Assembly: GCA_963837175.1 (NCBI GenBank)
Contig: CAWIMJ010000057.1
Location: forward strand, 32,001 to 96,000
Direction: 5' to 3'
DNA from: an uncultured Nitrososphaeraceae archaeon
Lineage (GTDB): Archaea; Thermoproteota; Nitrososphaeria; Nitrososphaerales; Nitrososphaeraceae
Length of the DNA: 64,000 nt
Shown here: positions 54,260 through 64,000 of the stretch, in pieces
Position numbering within the stretch: position 1 is the first letter of the stretch
Layout of the letters: every line of letters starts with the position of its first letter
Made by a program: the position numbers and the translations under genes
The notes under the pieces: model-generated
Database searches by the model: none
What the model was told of the DNA's origin: nothing
What the model saw: the letters and a program-made list of their open reading frames with translations, nothing else

Positions 54260-54712
54260 TTGATGTCAAATCCAGAGATTACAAATACAAAAGGTCAGAA
54301 TAAAACAACAAAAATTGCTATAAGAGATATGACTCCTGAACAAACTGCTGAAACCATTAAGAATATTGCTAAAAATATTCGCGAAGGATCACACAAGATG
54401 CGAGAAGCAGTAAAAGTTCTCCGCGAGAGTGGTGCGATTGACGAACTTACAGAGGCAGTTCGTGAAGCTACGGTAGCAGCACGTGATACTGTTAAAGAAA
54501 TTAGCGATACTGCAAAGGATATGAAAGAGCGTGGTGTAATAAAGGAGACTATTAATGCTGCGGAAGAAACTACTAAAGCAGCTCGCGAGACTGCAGAAAC
54601 CGTAAAGGATAGTGTAAGCAGAAGAACACAGCAGCCACAAACATCAACAAGTCAAGCCGAACTGACTGGAAAAACTTCGCGAACAAAAACATCAGAAGTT
54701 TCCTCTCGCTAG
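54260..54712 (+). CDS. Hydrophilic helical-repeat protein (LEA/apolipoprotein-like composition)
   Basis: Internal repeat (ESGAIDELTEAVREAT.AARDTVKEI / ERGVIKETINAAEETT.AARETAETV); no aromatics or Cys. Confidence 0.7.
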   Translation: MMSNPEITNTKGQNKTTKIAIRDMTPEQTAETIKNIAKNIREGSHKMREAVKVLRESGAIDELTEAVREATVAARDTVKEISDTAKDMKERGVIKETINAAEETTKAARETAETVKDSVSRRTQQPQTSTSQAELTGKTSRTKTSEVSSR

Positions 54713-55475
54713 TTTTTTTTAGAATGGCAGCATTGTGAAAAGGCTACTTTGCTTATTTTTTTAAAGGCTCATATCCACCTCGCTTGCTAGAGAAGCATAT
54801 AATTAAATAATATACTCACATTTGATCATATTTCTTTCTATTCTATCAAATCGAACCCTCAATTGATGTCAGAACCGCTGACAGTCATTGGAGATAAAAC
54901 TCGAGTTTCTTTCATTTTATTATTTGAAAGCAGCTTCCTATTCACTGGATTACACCAGATGTTAGTGTTAAAATATGGGTGGGAATCTTTCTTACTTCCA
55001 AAGAGCCTTATACAGATAATATGATGATTAATTAAGATTAAATATCCTAATCTTATATCAAGAACTATCGTTGTGTTGGCTAAGCCTATATCTGAACATC
55101 TTGAAATTTCCGCATGGATCATAATGTCTTAACATTACTAATCCTTCGCCATGCATTGGATTATAAAGCAGTTTGGATAAGAAGAGTCTTCACCTCTATT
55201 CATATTTGACAATATGTAACATTGGCATATTTTTCCTCAGCTATCACTTAAAGTTCGTGAACTGATTACCGAATCATTGGCGGAGCAAAAAGAAAATCTA
55301 GCAGAGTGTTGAACAAAAATGCAAGCGTCATTTAAAAACAAAGAAGGTCAATTTATAAGACTTCAGGGTTATTGACTGCCTATTTGTTAATAAATTTAAA
55401 ATGAAATTGAGAATGTTGTCTTTTCAAACTTTGTCAACAGTTAAATTATATTAAATTTAGGATATTAGAAAGTAT

Positions 55476-55736
55476 ATGGTTAATTTGTTTAAACGCTGGA
55501 AACCAAAAGGTAAGATGTATAGTTTAAGATGTTTTCAATGCGGTTCCGGTTTTCTTTCAAGTTACGATCTCGAAGCACCAATTTGTAGTAAATGCCTACA
55601 GAAGGCCAAATCGTTGGATTCAACTATTGATAACGAAAAGATTTGTAGAAAATGTGGGAAAAATGGCGTTATCTACGGAAAACAAGAGTGTCACTCTTGC
55701 TATTTTGGGTTTGAAAAGAAAGAATCACCTCGATAA
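55476..55736 (+). CDS. Small double zinc-ribbon protein
   Basis: Four CxxC pairs (CFQC, CSKC, CRKC, CHSC) in 86 aa. Confidence 0.7.
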   Translation: MVNLFKRWKPKGKMYSLRCFQCGSGFLSSYDLEAPICSKCLQKAKSLDSTIDNEKICRKCGKNGVIYGKQECHSCYFGFEKKESPR

Positions 55737-56337
55737 ACCCAAGGTCCTAACCTAGGTTGTAAACTATTAATCTGATATATAAAATATTGAGTTTTACTGT
55801 GGACTTATATACAAATAATAGATTATATGTTTATTGGTAACAATTACTCCTAGAGCTGCTAATATAATAAAATTTAGTCCTATCGAGTCATCAAAGCATG
55901 AGGAGGAAATAGATAGAGCAACTGATAGATGGAAGTAAGTATCATAGAAATACTTAATTTACTGAATTTATTCTTCTATGCGACCTTGGAGGAGATAGTA
56001 AAAAGAGAGTAAACACTAATGAAAAGTGGAGGTTATCGCAATATCTTGGAGAACTAATCGACTAAATCTAGAATGGCAATGCAGTAAACCTATTCTACAA
56101 TTGTTCAAGTTGATGAACACAAATCTTTAGAAATTTATTTTAGATGATTGTTTCTATTATATGCTTTGCCATTGTACAGTGGTTGGATCCAACTAAACCA
56201 AATGATATTCAGGTACGCATACATTAGAATTGGAGGTTGATATATAGACTAATACTTTGATTGATGACTTTGTTTTATTACGGAGCAATTAGCACTAAAC
56301 TCACATCATTTTGAAATTATTTTTGCATATGAACATG

Positions 56338-56856
56338 TCAGCTAATGTTTAGTCTATCAATTAATGAAAATATTTCATTTATTTGAAAAGAGTATAAATG
56401 CCAATCAATATTTGATAGATGAAGAATGGCATGGTGGTTAATTACATTTCCAGTACTGGTAAAAGCGTTAATCATGAATAGAATCACGATTAATGCACCG
56501 ATAACTGACGTTAAAATTATAATTCTCAATTTTAAGTCATTTAATTTGATCCTCTTTTTTCCTTTTTGTGATTGCTCCCTGATTTTCTTCACTGCTTCCT
56601 CTTTTCTCTTCTTGGCTTTCTTTGAATTTAGTATAGGTATCTTCTTCAATATAGATCCATCTGTAATGGATTTTTGAATCTCATATAGTAAAACTTCTCC
56701 TTGTTTAGATTTTTCATCGAAGAGTTCTAACGCTAAAGAGTAGTCATCTTTTTCTTGGCGTGATCTTTTACCTAGAGTACTAGTCCATTCTATAATCCAG
56801 GTTTTAGTGAAATCTTGTGGACCTCCCTCTGAATTGTTATCAGTGCTAGTATTCAA
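56338..56856 (-). CDS. Hypothetical single-pass membrane protein
   Basis: Soluble N-domain, basic linker, TM IIILTSVIGALIVILFMI. Confidence 0.6.
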   Translation of the reverse strand: MNTSTDNNSEGGPQDFTKTWIIEWTSTLGKRSRQEKDDYSLALELFDEKSKQGEVLLYEIQKSITDGSILKKIPILNSKKAKKRKEEAVKKIREQSQKGKKRIKLNDLKLRIIILTSVIGALIVILFMINAFTSTGNVINHHAILHLSNIDWHLYSFQINEIFSLIDRLNIS

Positions 56857-57741
56857 TAGCTTTCTTAAGATTTAATATACAACAATAATTTATAAATACA
56901 TACGTTTTCAATAATTCAATTATTCATTCTATTATAAACGTAGAAGCGGCAGAATTAATAATTGATTATCTTGAGGAAAGTTGAAATTAAGGAATTCGTA
57001 TTATATATTTTATATTAAATAGCATAATTATTTGTTTGACAATGGTGTGCTATTTCAAAAAACTAGTACATAATTACTAAAATTATTTGTACACTTACTA
57101 TGTCTACCATATGTTATGATGATCTATTCTAGTTCTGTTAATAAAATTTTATCTCAAAGGAGCCGTCAGATTTAATAAAGCGTTAGAATCTACTTCCTGT
57201 ATTAGATTCATATCAACTTCGTAAGTGATTGTTATGATCTCCTTTGTTCGCTTTAGCTACGGAAGAGCGGTTGTTAGAATAGTTAATAATAATTACTTTC
57301 AAGTTCTCCTTAACTGCACTTATATTTTGTATATCAATGTAGATGAATAGTCAAGCTTAACTAATCCGCTTAACTAATCTACTAATTGTGTTTCCTGTTC
57401 AGTTTGTAATGATATTGTATTAAGAAGAAATATCAATCATTATAGCTATACTAGGGCAGTCAATCTCTCGTATCCTATGTTGGAAGAGGACCAAAAAATT
57501 TTGTCTATATTATATAGGATACCAGATAAAACATTAATGATCCATGTAAATAAACCAGGGCTTATTTTATAGAGTTAATGGATATAGAGAAAGATATATC
57601 GTTAATTGTTTCTTGAATCGTCTTTGAAGCATCAGTAGAATAACAATATTCTTGATTAATTTTCCGCGTTGTTGTCCAGGGTAAAGCAACAAAAGTATGA
57701 ACAGATAAATTTTTAGTGTCCGAAAACTATCGGCATATCTT

Positions 57742-58293
57742 ATGTCGGGTATCGGAGCATCAAGAACTGTTGCTATTGATGTAGATTCTGTTTTAGCTGA
57801 TGTCATATCCATATGGACACATGAGTATAATAAACGCAGGCACACCAGAATTACTAAAAGAGAAATTATAGCTTGGGATATTACCAAAATTCTACCTATT
57901 AGTCCAGATGATATATATCGACTTTTTAGTTATATATGGAAATATCGCTGGAAAGAAATCCCTCCCACTGAGCCTCAAATAGGAGAGATCACGCGAAAAA
58001 TTCATTGTAAAGGTTATAGGATCTCCATTCTGACAAAGAGAGAAAGGCCAACAGTAGCATATGTTGCAAAATGGCTTGACTTTCATGATATTTATTCTGA
58101 TGATTTGCTATTCGTTTATGATGCTACACCTAAAGCTGAATATCCATTTGATATTCTAATAGATGATGCTCCAAAAAACCTGTTAGATATAGCTCCCCCA
58201 AAGTCTGCAATCTTATTCAATCAACCATGGAACAGAGATTTTGACTGGCCAGTAAGAGTAACTTCATTGAGTGATGCAGAAAAAATGCTCTAA
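57742..58293 (+). CDS. HAD-superfamily 5'(3')-deoxyribonucleotidase (NT5C-like)
   Basis: AIDVDSVLAD motif I, ILTKR, K.EYPFDILIDD, FNQPWN. Confidence 0.85.
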   Translation: MSGIGASRTVAIDVDSVLADVISIWTHEYNKRRHTRITKREIIAWDITKILPISPDDIYRLFSYIWKYRWKEIPPTEPQIGEITRKIHCKGYRISILTKRERPTVAYVAKWLDFHDIYSDDLLFVYDATPKAEYPFDILIDDAPKNLLDIAPPKSAILFNQPWNRDFDWPVRVTSLSDAEKML

Positions 58294-58804
58294 ATAAGGC
58301 CGAATAGACTTTGAAAATGCAAAAGCAAGTTTGCTGTCAACTATCTGTATCGACTCACAATAACTGGCTGTGGATAACCTTTGCGAATAGAAGTTAGACA
58401 TTTCCTAATTAATTGAATTTATCCCAAATTGAAATGTCACTGATTGGTATATAAATTTAAAGCGGAATGCGACAAAAAAACAAATCTATAACTTATACTG
58501 CTAAACTTTATTATTTCTATTATTTTTGGTTTACTTCTCTATTTTATAAATCCAGAAACGTTTAGTAATCAAGAATTTAAAAATAATTAAGTTTAGTTTT
58601 CAAATGCTACATTAACCACGACAATGAGTTATCTATTATTATTTATCCAAGTAAATGGACAGGTAGATCGATATATTCAACTAGAAAAGGGTTATTAAAT
58701 AAATTTGTCACAGATGTATATGCATTGGATAATTGATAGCTATAAAATCTCACTCATGTTACCTGATATTTGATGCCTTTGGGAATGTCCATCCATGGTT
58801 TACT

Positions 58805-58946
58805 AATTAGCCGAGTAAAACTAGTCTCTAACGTCAAGATTAACGTTTTAAAGGATACTTCATATCCTAAAATCCTAAATCTGGCTAGGATCTAAAATTC
58901 GCCACGGCTGTTTCATTGCCGTAGTTATGAGACTAGTTTTCTAACT
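58805..58946 (-). ncRNA. Candidate structured non-coding RNA (multi-branch: closing stem plus four hairpins)
   Basis: Perfect 12-bp arms 58817-28/58929-40 enclose four 7-8-bp hairpins; six A/C oppositions on + strand become G-U pairs on - strand; no ORF. Confidence 0.6.
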
Positions 58947-59075
58947 GAGGCCTCCATCTTGTCAATTTATACTGATAAGGTGCGTGTATTTCTTATAATC
59001 CTCATCTACCTTTTGACCAATTACTAAGTATGCGAAGTACTGATTCGATTCGACTAACCATTGCTTCTTTTTTAA

Positions 59076-60453
59076 TCATTTAACGTAATCTAAAAATCTT
59101 ACCCACTCGGGGAACCAGAGGTCATTTTCTGAAACACCTATACCACGTGCGAGTATTGCAGGCGAATTATAGTACACGGCATCTGCTTTGATGTCCTTTT
59201 TCAATGAATTGTTTAGACCGTCTATTGATGAAACTTTCCCGATATACTTATTTGCAATTAATTCCCTATTTTGCGTATAAAGACCAACCTGACGGCCATC
59301 TACTGTTGGAACATAACATACTATAACATAGATGTGGCTTACGCCAGCTTGACGTAAATAATGGATTGTCTCTTTGACTGTGCCTCCAGTTTGAATGGTA
59401 CCCTGGATGGTCGCTATTTTCCTGTTCTGAACAAGATTGTTTATTACAAATTTTAGCGATTTACCAGTTGTGAGTAATTTATTTTTGCTAATCTGTTCTG
59501 AAAAGTCAATCATATGATCAGAATCGTCATATCTATCTTTAATTATGCCCTCAGAAGCCTCAAAAGTTTTGGAATATTTTTGATACTCTGTGCTAAAGCC
59601 TAAAGTCATTGGACGAGTATAATCAGGTTCAGCATATGCTGAATCAAGCGCTATATCATTTGCTAGAAAATTAGCCTGTTCTTTTCCAATATTTTTTCTA
59701 ATGGCGTAAATACTTTTCCCATTGACTATTGCTGTAACATGAGATTCTCGGATAAATTCAAAGGGATCCATCATCACTCGATCTTTTGAGAGATGAGCAA
59801 GAAGTTCCAATCCATTTCTCTTACTCAATTTTAATAACTGACCAGGCTCTACATCATTAAAATGCATATTAATCAAAGATGTCCTTAATGAATTTTCCGA
59901 TGCGATAATTCTCAAAGTCTTGGAATTATTGGTAGCACTTACAAGTGGCTTGAAACCACTGCTATTTCTATAAGCATAGATATCATCATGCAATTTTAAA
60001 ATCATGTTCCCTTTCAAATGCCTATCTAAGAACTCTGCTGCCTCGTTCTGGATTTTGTTTTTTGATTAATAAATCTACAAATATGTAATATATCTTAAAA
60101 AGAGAATCTGATTCCTTGCCTTGTCCAATATTAGGATGCAAGTGTAACTTTTCAGTATCTACAAGGAAGCCATCAAGTAATACCTGTATTACCTTCATAC
60201 TAGGAAATTGCGGCGGTCTCTTAGAAAGGTATCCTATTCCATTATCACCACGTAATTTTTCATTCTCAACAATTTTCAAAATGGTATCGTCTTGGGGAAG
60301 TGATCCTTCTCTTTCGGCTACTATATTTCCTATAGCCATTTTCCAGTATGCTTTACCTCTATGCTGAAGCATTCGCATTGAGTGTGCAAGGTAATAGATT
60401 GCGTCCTTGGACGCGTCTGCACCAAGATTGTAAACAGCGACAATTCCAGCCAA
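59076..60453 (-). CDS. PurF (amidophosphoribosyltransferase)-like paralog with degenerate catalytic motifs; split by +1 frameshift near 60045
   Basis: MAGIVAV, LQHRG, YRNSSGFKPL, IASEN, DVEPGQ, FEFI...NGKSIY..RKNIG, GIIKDRY follow PurF order; two ORFs join by removing one base. Confidence 0.75.
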
Positions 60454-60706
60454 CTAGAGTTACTATGTAGTGTTAATTATGAAATGGATAAAAATCTTGT
60501 CTACATTCACGAATTCTATCTTCAAGAGGTTAATTTTTATCTCTAGAAAATGGTCTATATTTTTCTTCAGAAAATAGATTAATCAATTTTGCCTGGATGT
60601 AACATGCTAGTTAGTTGTATTATGATAATGTTATTATGATAATTAATAATTTAATTTTGGTATTGAAAGATATTAATCAGGCATATCATTTTCTTATAGT
60701 ATTATT

Positions 60707-61909
60707 ATGCTCATTGGTATTGTTGGCAAAGCCAATGTTGGAAAGTCCACTTTCTTTAACTCAGCAACAGAACTTACTGCGCAGGCTGCAAATTATCCCT
60801 TCACAACCATTAATTCAAATTTTGGAGTAGCGTATGTCAGACAGAATTGTGTATGTACAGAATTTGGTGTTCAGGACAGTCCTGTTCATTCGATATGCAT
60901 TGAAGGCAATAGATTTATTCCAATAAATTTGATTGATATTCCTGGCCTGGTACCGGGAGCTCACGTAGGCAAAGGCCTAGGAAACAAGTTTTTGGATGAT
61001 GCGAGACAGGCGGACGCTCTGATCCACATAGTCGATGCATCTGGTTCTACAGACAGCGATGGTAAACCTATTAGTCCAGGTACAGGAGATCCCATATCAG
61101 ATGTTAGGTTTGTAGAAGAAGAGTTTGATATGTGGCTCGCCTCGGTTGTTAATAGAGACTGGAATAAAGTTTCCAGAGAAGTGGAAAGTCAAGCACAAAA
61201 ATTGGAACAAATGCTTGTTAAACGATTATCCGGACTAGCTATTAGGCCGGGTTTCATAGCAAATGCTCTAGATGAAACGGGCCTATACAATAAGAAAGCA
61301 GTTTCATGGACACAAGATGATATTTTTAATTTCTGTAAAATTCTTAGGTTAAAATCTAAACCAATTGTTTTAGCTGCAAATAAAGCAGATCTTCCAACAG
61401 TAGACAAAAATATTAATGCATTTAAACAAACAGGTCGTGATGTCATTGTCTGCGCTTCTGAAGCAGAAGTTCTACTCAGAAGAGCTGCAAAAAAAGGGGC
61501 TATTCATTATCTTCCAGGGGATAATTCTTTTAATATCAAACCAGGAGCCGAGTTAAATGATAAGCAAAAAAAGGCGCTCAGCGTGGTAAGTAAGATAATT
61601 TCAAAGTATGGCTCAACAGGGGTACAAGAAGTGATAAATTATGTCTGCTTCAAACTTTTAAATTTGATAGTGGTTTATACTGTAGAAGATGAGTTTAAAT
61701 TATTAGATAAAAAAGGTAATATTCTTCCTGATGCACGATTATTGCCACTAGGAGCCACTGCTAAAGATTTGGCTTATATGATTCATGCTGATTTGGTAAA
61801 GGGTTTCCTCTATGCTATAAATGTACGAACTAAACAGAGACTAAGTGCAGAGTATAAACTCAAAAATAATGATGTTATCAAAATTGTTTCTGCTACAAGT
61901 AGAGGTTGA
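60707..61909 (+). CDS. ychF: YchF/OLA1-related Obg-family translation-associated NTPase
   Basis: GKANVGKST, ANYPFTT, DIPGLVPGAH.GKGLGNKFL, ANKAD, C-terminal TGS domain. Confidence 0.92.
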   Translation: MLIGIVGKANVGKSTFFNSATELTAQAANYPFTTINSNFGVAYVRQNCVCTEFGVQDSPVHSICIEGNRFIPINLIDIPGLVPGAHVGKGLGNKFLDDARQADALIHIVDASGSTDSDGKPISPGTGDPISDVRFVEEEFDMWLASVVNRDWNKVSREVESQAQKLEQMLVKRLSGLAIRPGFIANALDETGLYNKKAVSWTQDDIFNFCKILRLKSKPIVLAANKADLPTVDKNINAFKQTGRDVIVCASEAEVLLRRAAKKGAIHYLPGDNSFNIKPGAELNDKQKKALSVVSKIISKYGSTGVQEVINYVCFKLLNLIVVYTVEDEFKLLDKKGNILPDARLLPLGATAKDLAYMIHADLVKGFLYAINVRTKQRLSAEYKLKNNDVIKIVSATSRG

Positions 61910-61918
61910 TCATATAAA

Positions 61919-62932
61919 ATGATATCTCTCGGATTAGAAAGTACTGCCCATACATTCGGTTGCTCTGTTGTGGAAAAGAAACCAACTAATAGTAATATTG
62001 GCAAAGTGCTTTCAGATAAAAGAGATGTTTACAGACCGCCTGAAGGTTCTGGAATACATCCACGTGAGGCATCGAGACATCACACCGAAAAATCTATCGA
62101 TATTTTGAAGCGTTCACTAGAAGAAGCACGAATCACTATAAAGGATGTAGATATTATAGCCTATTCTGCAGGACCGGGCTTAGGGCCTTGTCTAAGAATA
62201 GGCGCGGTGATCGGAAGAACATTATCTACTTTCTACAAAAAACCACTTATCCCCGTTAATCATGCGTTGGCGCATATAGAATTAGGAATTATGCTTTCAC
62301 GTGCTTCAGATCCTCTGGTATTGCTCGTTTCTGGTGGCCATACAATGATACTGGCCTTCTCAAAAAATAAATGGAGAGTTTTTGGAGAAACTCTTGATAT
62401 TACTATAGGACAACTGCTCGACCAATTTGGACGATCATTAGGTTTTTCCTCTCCATGTGGAGACAAGATAGAACAACTTGCAAATGGATCCTCCCAAAAA
62501 TACATGTCTCTACCTTATGTTGTCAAAGGAAATGATGTCTCTTTCTCAGGATTGCTTACATTTGCAAAGAAGCTTGTTCAAGATAAAAAAAATGAATTGT
62601 CAGAGATCTGCTATTCAATACAAGAGACGGCATTTGCCATGCTCACAGAAACGGTAGAACGTGCTCTGTCATTTACTGGCAAAAGAGAAGTGATGATCGT
62701 GGGAGGAGTTGCAGCAAACAAGAGACTTGTACAAATGCTTGAAATCGCATGTAAAAGACAAAATGGAAAATTTTACGTTTGCCCTCTCCAATTCGCGGGA
62801 GACAATGGAGCCCAAATCGCGTGGACTGGAATTCTTTATTATAATAGGATCAAGAAGGGTGTAACTATAGAAGAATCCTTTATAGATCAATCCTGGAGAA
62901 TTGATACTGTAGATGTTTGCTGGCGTGATTAA
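61919..62932 (+). CDS. kae1: KEOPS t6A threonylcarbamoyltransferase Kae1
   Basis: GLESTAHT, GIHPREA, GPGLGPCL, VNHALAHIE, VSGGHT, DNGAQIA. Confidence 0.96.
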   Translation: MISLGLESTAHTFGCSVVEKKPTNSNIGKVLSDKRDVYRPPEGSGIHPREASRHHTEKSIDILKRSLEEARITIKDVDIIAYSAGPGLGPCLRIGAVIGRTLSTFYKKPLIPVNHALAHIELGIMLSRASDPLVLLVSGGHTMILAFSKNKWRVFGETLDITIGQLLDQFGRSLGFSSPCGDKIEQLANGSSQKYMSLPYVVKGNDVSFSGLLTFAKKLVQDKKNELSEICYSIQETAFAMLTETVERALSFTGKREVMIVGGVAANKRLVQMLEIACKRQNGKFYVCPLQFAGDNGAQIAWTGILYYNRIKKGVTIEESFIDQSWRIDTVDVCWRD

Positions 62933-62939
62933 CGATCGC

Positions 62940-63260
62940 TTATGTTGTCAATTTTTGCTTCTCGATTGCCTTTGCCCACTTGCCATTATTAAAAACGCCA
63001 AATTTGTAAGATGTGTGATCAACAATAATTGTAACTTTTTTTATCAAAAAGCCTTCTGTCTTTACAGATGATATTTTATCAAGGCGGATGTCTAAGACTA
63101 CGTCTCCAGTTTTTTTTGAGAGAACAACCATACTTCCCTCAGTCTTTTCGAAGATGAGCCTTCGGTTAGTTAAAGTGAGTATACCATTTCTTAATTTATC
63201 TTCTGCGCAATCTTCTTGTAGGATTATTTTCTCTCCACTTCCTCGTTCAACAGAACTCAC
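62940..63260 (-). CDS. Small PH/GRAM-like domain protein
   Basis: GEKII...NGILTLTNRRLIFE...IRLDKISSV...W.KAI pattern typical of PH-like folds. Confidence 0.65.
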   Translation of the reverse strand: MSSVERGSGEKIILQEDCAEDKLRNGILTLTNRRLIFEKTEGSMVVLSKKTGDVVLDIRLDKISSVKTEGFLIKKVTIIVDHTSYKFGVFNNGKWAKAIEKQKLTT

Positions 63261-63269
63261 ATTTTTATC

Positions 63270-63914
63270 TTGATGCGCAATGATATATTACTATTGCATC
63301 AGACAAAGAAACTGCTTAAGAGAGGAGCCGAGGCGGACATTTATCTTCGAAGCTGGTATGGTAAATTAACGATCTCAAAGGTTAGGAATGTAAAGCCATA
63401 TAGGCATAAATCATTAGATGATCAAATTCGCAAAAGTCGAACAATCAATGAAGCCAATATGATTTCCGCTTCTAAAATAACAGGCGTTGTATCCCCCTTC
63501 TTATATTTTGTAGATCCTTTTTATGCAGAAATCATAATGGAATTCGTAGATGGTAAAGTTGCAAAGGATGTGATAACTCCCAGATTGTGCGAAGAGATTG
63601 GAAAATATACCGCATTGCTTCATACAAATGATATTATTCACGGAGATCTGACAACATCAAATTTTATCATCAGTAAAAAATTAGTGATACTTGATTTTGG
63701 GTTATCTTATTATTCTCAGCGTAGGGAAGATCGCGCAGTAGATATTAGATTAATTAAGGAGATATTTAGTAGCGCACATGTGTCATACTATAAAGAAATT
63801 TATGAAGGCTTTCTACGAGGATATTCTGAGATATGTGGAGAATATGAAACTCAAAAAATCTTGAAAAATGTTTCAGAAATTGAAAGGCGAGGAAGATATA
63901 CACAATTCATTTAG
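63270..63914 (+). CDS. bud32: KEOPS kinase/ATPase Bud32
   Basis: RGAEADIY, K.R..KPYRH..LD, HGDLTTSN, DFGL, VDI, RRGRY. Confidence 0.95.
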   Translation: MMRNDILLLHQTKKLLKRGAEADIYLRSWYGKLTISKVRNVKPYRHKSLDDQIRKSRTINEANMISASKITGVVSPFLYFVDPFYAEIIMEFVDGKVAKDVITPRLCEEIGKYTALLHTNDIIHGDLTTSNFIISKKLVILDFGLSYYSQRREDRAVDIRLIKEIFSSAHVSYYKEIYEGFLRGYSEICGEYETQKILKNVSEIERRGRYTQFI

Positions 63915-64000
63915 TAATGAGATTATCTTAAAACTTTGGACCTTCATTGCATATGCATATGTTGTGTTACCATGATACATATGTACTACAAACCTTAATT

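Noticed and set aside
53700-55330. Coding-like fragments at 53710-54170 and ORF 54859-55122
   Set aside because: Probably decayed genes, but no identifiable homology by eye
1240-62890. Many antisense or overlapping ORFs in the track (e.g. 1240-1524, 16665-17066, 38342-38815, 43394-43672, 43690-43881)
   Set aside because: Shadows of well-supported genes on the other strand or frame, with no recognisable motifs
1-64000. tRNA, rRNA, integrase/att sites, defence systems
   Set aside because: No GC-rich cloverleaf or rRNA-like tract, and no recombinase or defence-gene motifs seen

Overview
AT-rich archaeal chromosome segment. Gene content (rps19e, Rpp21, NAC, MBF1, aTrm56, EgsA, pantoate kinase/phosphopantothenate synthetase, SepF, NreA, Kae1/Bud32, DUF6659-type protein) points to an ammonia-oxidising archaeon of the Nitrososphaerales; this is inferred from gene families, with no database search. 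Most of the window is core housekeeping genes: translation and tRNA modification, ether-lipid, CoA and mevalonate synthesis, DNA repair, and orphan A-ATPase subunits C and H. Gene-poor accessory stretches (about 21-31 kb and 53-59 kb) hold IS remnants, pseudogenes and microproteins. I saw no rRNA, tRNA or CRISPR array. The most striking unexplained signal is a roughly 140-nt intergenic element at 58805-58946. It folds into a 12-bp closing stem with four internal hairpins, and its non-Watson-Crick stem positions become G-U only on the minus strand, making it a candidate unannotated structured RNA. It lies just downstream of an apparently catalytically dead PurF paralog. A second structured, possibly pseudoknotted element precedes an ABC permease (32305-32416). 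Several conserved genes (ubiD-family, trm56, purF-like, possibly lhr and hflX) carry single-base frame breaks that may be assembly indels, so pseudogene calls based on one frameshift are tentative.
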